Below, piece after piece: positions 61,165 to 64,000 of a stretch of 64,000 bases of DNA. The stretch spans positions 68,696,001 through 68,760,000 of the forward strand of contig NW_027266286.1 of assembly GCF_022045235.1 (NCBI RefSeq), given 5' to 3'. This stretch comes from Haliotis cracherodii (lineage: Eukaryota). How positions within the stretch are numbered: position 1 is the first letter of the stretch; each line of letters starts with the position of its first letter. The notes beneath the pieces were generated by a model. That model searched no databases. It saw only the letters and a list, made by a program, of their open reading frames with translations, and had not been told where the DNA came from. A program made the position numbers and the translations under genes.

Positions 61165-61626
61165 GGAATTATATTATACATATCTCATTCTTATCACTGA
61201 ATTTACAAGGTGACGACTGCTAGTGACAACGTCGGCATTACATCAAAGACATGCGTTGTCGATTTCATCTGCCCTGAAATAACTGTCGACAGATCAAACC
61301 GACCGCAACACCAATTCAAAATAAACTTTGATAAGACATGTTCACAGTCCAAACTTTGGGCTGCACCGGTGACAAGCTTTACATAACGCTTGATTAACTC
61401 CCTGTTAGTGCCTGTTAACTTATCTGATGTGTTTCATGGGATTAGGTCAATGGTTCTGTAGCGGTCATTTCACGCCTTTCTTATCTCTGGACGGTCAGTT
61501 ATTGGTGTTGGGGTATTACCTGGTGTCAACACGATGATCAATGTTTAGTCCACGCTCACGGAGACGACGTAACAACAGATGCTGCAACTAGTACAAGAAC
61601 CGCGACTGCTACAGGTAGAGCTGCTG

Positions 61627-61686
<60 letters not shown>

Positions 61687-63819
61687 TACTACTTGAGTAC
61701 AAAGAATGTAATCAATTCTCGACTTCTACTTCTGCTGCAACATCTCATGCAAAAACAACTACTGCTGCAACTACTACTACTACTACTACTACCACTACCA
61801 CTACTACTGCAGAACACCGTCATATACATGTATCTGACTGTTGCTGAGTGCGGTGTTAAACAACGACCAAACACACTACCACGATCCCTGCTGCAACAGC
61901 TACTGTTACTACTACCACTACTGTAGACTAACCAAATAACTCCATTTAAATTGAAAAGGAGCCCCAATGGGAACGGAGATTCCGAACCTCATGAACATTT
62001 AGACTTGCTTCACTCACAGCTCTTGCATCACAGAAAGGACTGGGCGGAAGGGAAAATAATACGGCTCAAGGACTGTGAGACAGGCTACCACGACTGCTAC
62101 TTCTCCTTCTACTATTGCTGCTGCTACTACTACTACTACTACTACTACTATTTGTACTACTGCTTCTACTGATATTGCTACTGCTACTGATATTGCTACT
62201 GTCACGGCTACTACTACTACTACCTCTATTGCTACTGTTACGGCTACTACTATTCCTAATGTACATCTACTGCTGCTGCTGTTGTCGATTCTACACATCT
62301 ACTTTGACCAGAATCACTGCAACTACGAATACTTCTACAACAGCACAAGTCATTCTGCTTCCTTCTATGCTTGCGAAATAATTCACACAGTGGCAAATGA
62401 AACGAGTAAAGCTACATTTTGTGTCTCCCTTCTCAACTTGTCAATAATGACGCATTAGAAAGTCATTTCAAGCAAAATTTATTGTAAGTGTAGATGTAGA
62501 TTACCATATAAAAATCATAAAAATAAAAATTACCTCAGATAAAAGCATATGTTGCTACAAAATACGGAAAGAAATGCATCTTAAGACCACATTGTCCTTT
62601 CTCTGTTTCAAAAGTAGAAAAGAATATCTTTAGGATATATAGATGGTTGTCAATTTCACTCTCATTCACACATTAGCACCTTAAGTGGTGTATATTTCAA
62701 AACCACGCTACACATTTCCACGTGTACTTGCTATGAGTGTCAACATCACTTGTCAAATAAAACTGTCACATGTTTATCAAATATTCATTACACTTCAACA
62801 ACTAAGCCACATCTCTGACAAGGTTGGTCAAGCTTCAAATGGCTCGAGGGTCCTTAACGCTGCTAATATCATAAACGAAAAGCTGTCATACTTCAAAATG
62901 TAATAAATTATGTATTCGGAGTATTGTCATATGAGTTATGACAAACAGCTGATCTTTAACCTCATCACGTCGCTAAGCACCTGGCTGATTGTAAAACATG
63001 GGTTGCGGATGCATCTCATAATAGAAATACACGCTTGTTAGATTATCACCAAAGCCTCACTGTCAACTACCCTCTCCCCCTAACGCGCCTTTTTCACGGG
63101 GCTACCGCTTTAATGGTGTGTCTAACACACGCCCATAACAAGTGGTTATATTTGTTAAAATATTATCGACCTTACCCAGCTCATTTCGTTAAACAAATAT
63201 TTAATTAACTATGTTTTCGTGGAACATGGCTCTTATCATTGGCGATAATGGTCCTGTTTTCGATCATGACAGTGCTTTCATAAAAAATGATTATTTCGCC
63301 ATACCTACATACAAATGAGAATGAGGATGACACTGCTTGTAACAGACAAAATTTTTGGATAACCTTATGAACCGTACTAAATTTAACCTCGCCCCGAAAC
63401 CCCACAAAGGTCATACTCTACCGTTCACAATTACGGTCAGTATCTTCCAAACAAGCCATCTTGGGGGACTGGACAACACCAATAACTGACCGTCCAGAGA
63501 TAAGAAAGGCGTGAAATGACCGCTACAAAGCCATTGACCTAATCCCATGAAACACATTAGATAAGTTAACAGGATCTAACAGAGAGTTAATCAAGCGTTA
63601 TGTAAAGCTTGTCACCGGTGCAGCCCAAAGTTTGGACTGTGAACATGTCTTATCAAAGTTTGTTTTAATTTGGTGTTGCGGTCGGTTTGATCTGTCGACA
63701 GTTATTTCAGGGCAGATGAAATCGACAACTCATGTCTTTGATGTAATGCCGATCTTGTCACTAGCAGTCGTCACCTTGTAAATTCAGTGATAAGAATGAG
63801 ATATGTATAATAGAATTCC
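61165..63819. repeat. 346-bp long inverted repeat (61165-61510 / 63474-63819) enclosing ~1.96 kb
   Basis: Arms align as reverse complements with only scattered mismatches; no TSD seen. Confidence 0.93.
61549..62381 (+). pseudogene. Broken Thr/Ala-rich (mucin-like) reading frame or degenerate (ACT)n array
   Basis: Open frame 61551-61846 (HAHGDDVTTDAATSTRTATATGRAAAT19LLLEYKECNQFSTSTSAATSHAKTTTAATT...); further Thr-rich blocks in shifted frames to 62381; family B tail inserted at ~61816-61871. Confidence 0.4.
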
Positions 63820-63969
63820 GTCTATTTCTAAGGAATAAAATGTCGCTAATAAATTTCTTAGGATTAATGTCGTCTAATTTGACGATGGGGAGGGGGGGGG
63901 GGGGTTGTCACAGTCAAACAAGTCAAACACGTAATTTCAACTATGTATCCCGTTATGTAGGTACTGTGT

Positions 63970-64000
63970 TGAATGAATGAATGAATGAATGAATGAATGA
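63970..64000. repeat. (TGAA)n microsatellite at window end
   Basis: Direct reading. Confidence 0.9.

Overview
Gene-poor, repeat-dense eukaryotic genomic DNA from an invertebrate animal, most likely a mollusc (inferred from the SINE and Penelope-like repeat types). It contains one assembly gap (15205-15370). No complete protein-coding gene is visible, and almost all ORFs in the supplied track come from SINEs or tandem repeats. Supported content: (i) four interspersed retroposon families (A-D, about 45 copies or fragments) sharing a 3' '...GCG(G/A)CGT(T/A)AAAC + microsatellite' end. Three have tRNA-derived heads. Family B has no tRNA head but a precisely conserved, pseudoknot-forming 5' end. 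(ii) Penelope-like retroelement (PLE) material: a decayed RT fragment, three copies of its 3' region, three minimal hammerhead-ribozyme motifs, and a tandem ~240-bp repeat sharing the same terminus. (iii) Non-autonomous DNA transposons: TA-TSD Tc1/pogo-type MITEs, TAG...CTA elements with 9-10-bp TSDs (AcademH-like), and 32-bp palindromes with 7-bp TSDs that look like P-element excision footprints. (iv) A 346-bp inverted repeat enclosing a broken Thr/Ala-rich mucin-like reading frame. (v) A TATA/Inr promoter with a signal-peptide first exon at ~16.0-16.1 kb whose downstream exons cannot be assigned. (vi) Several mini- and microsatellites. Family names are pattern recognition, not database hits.
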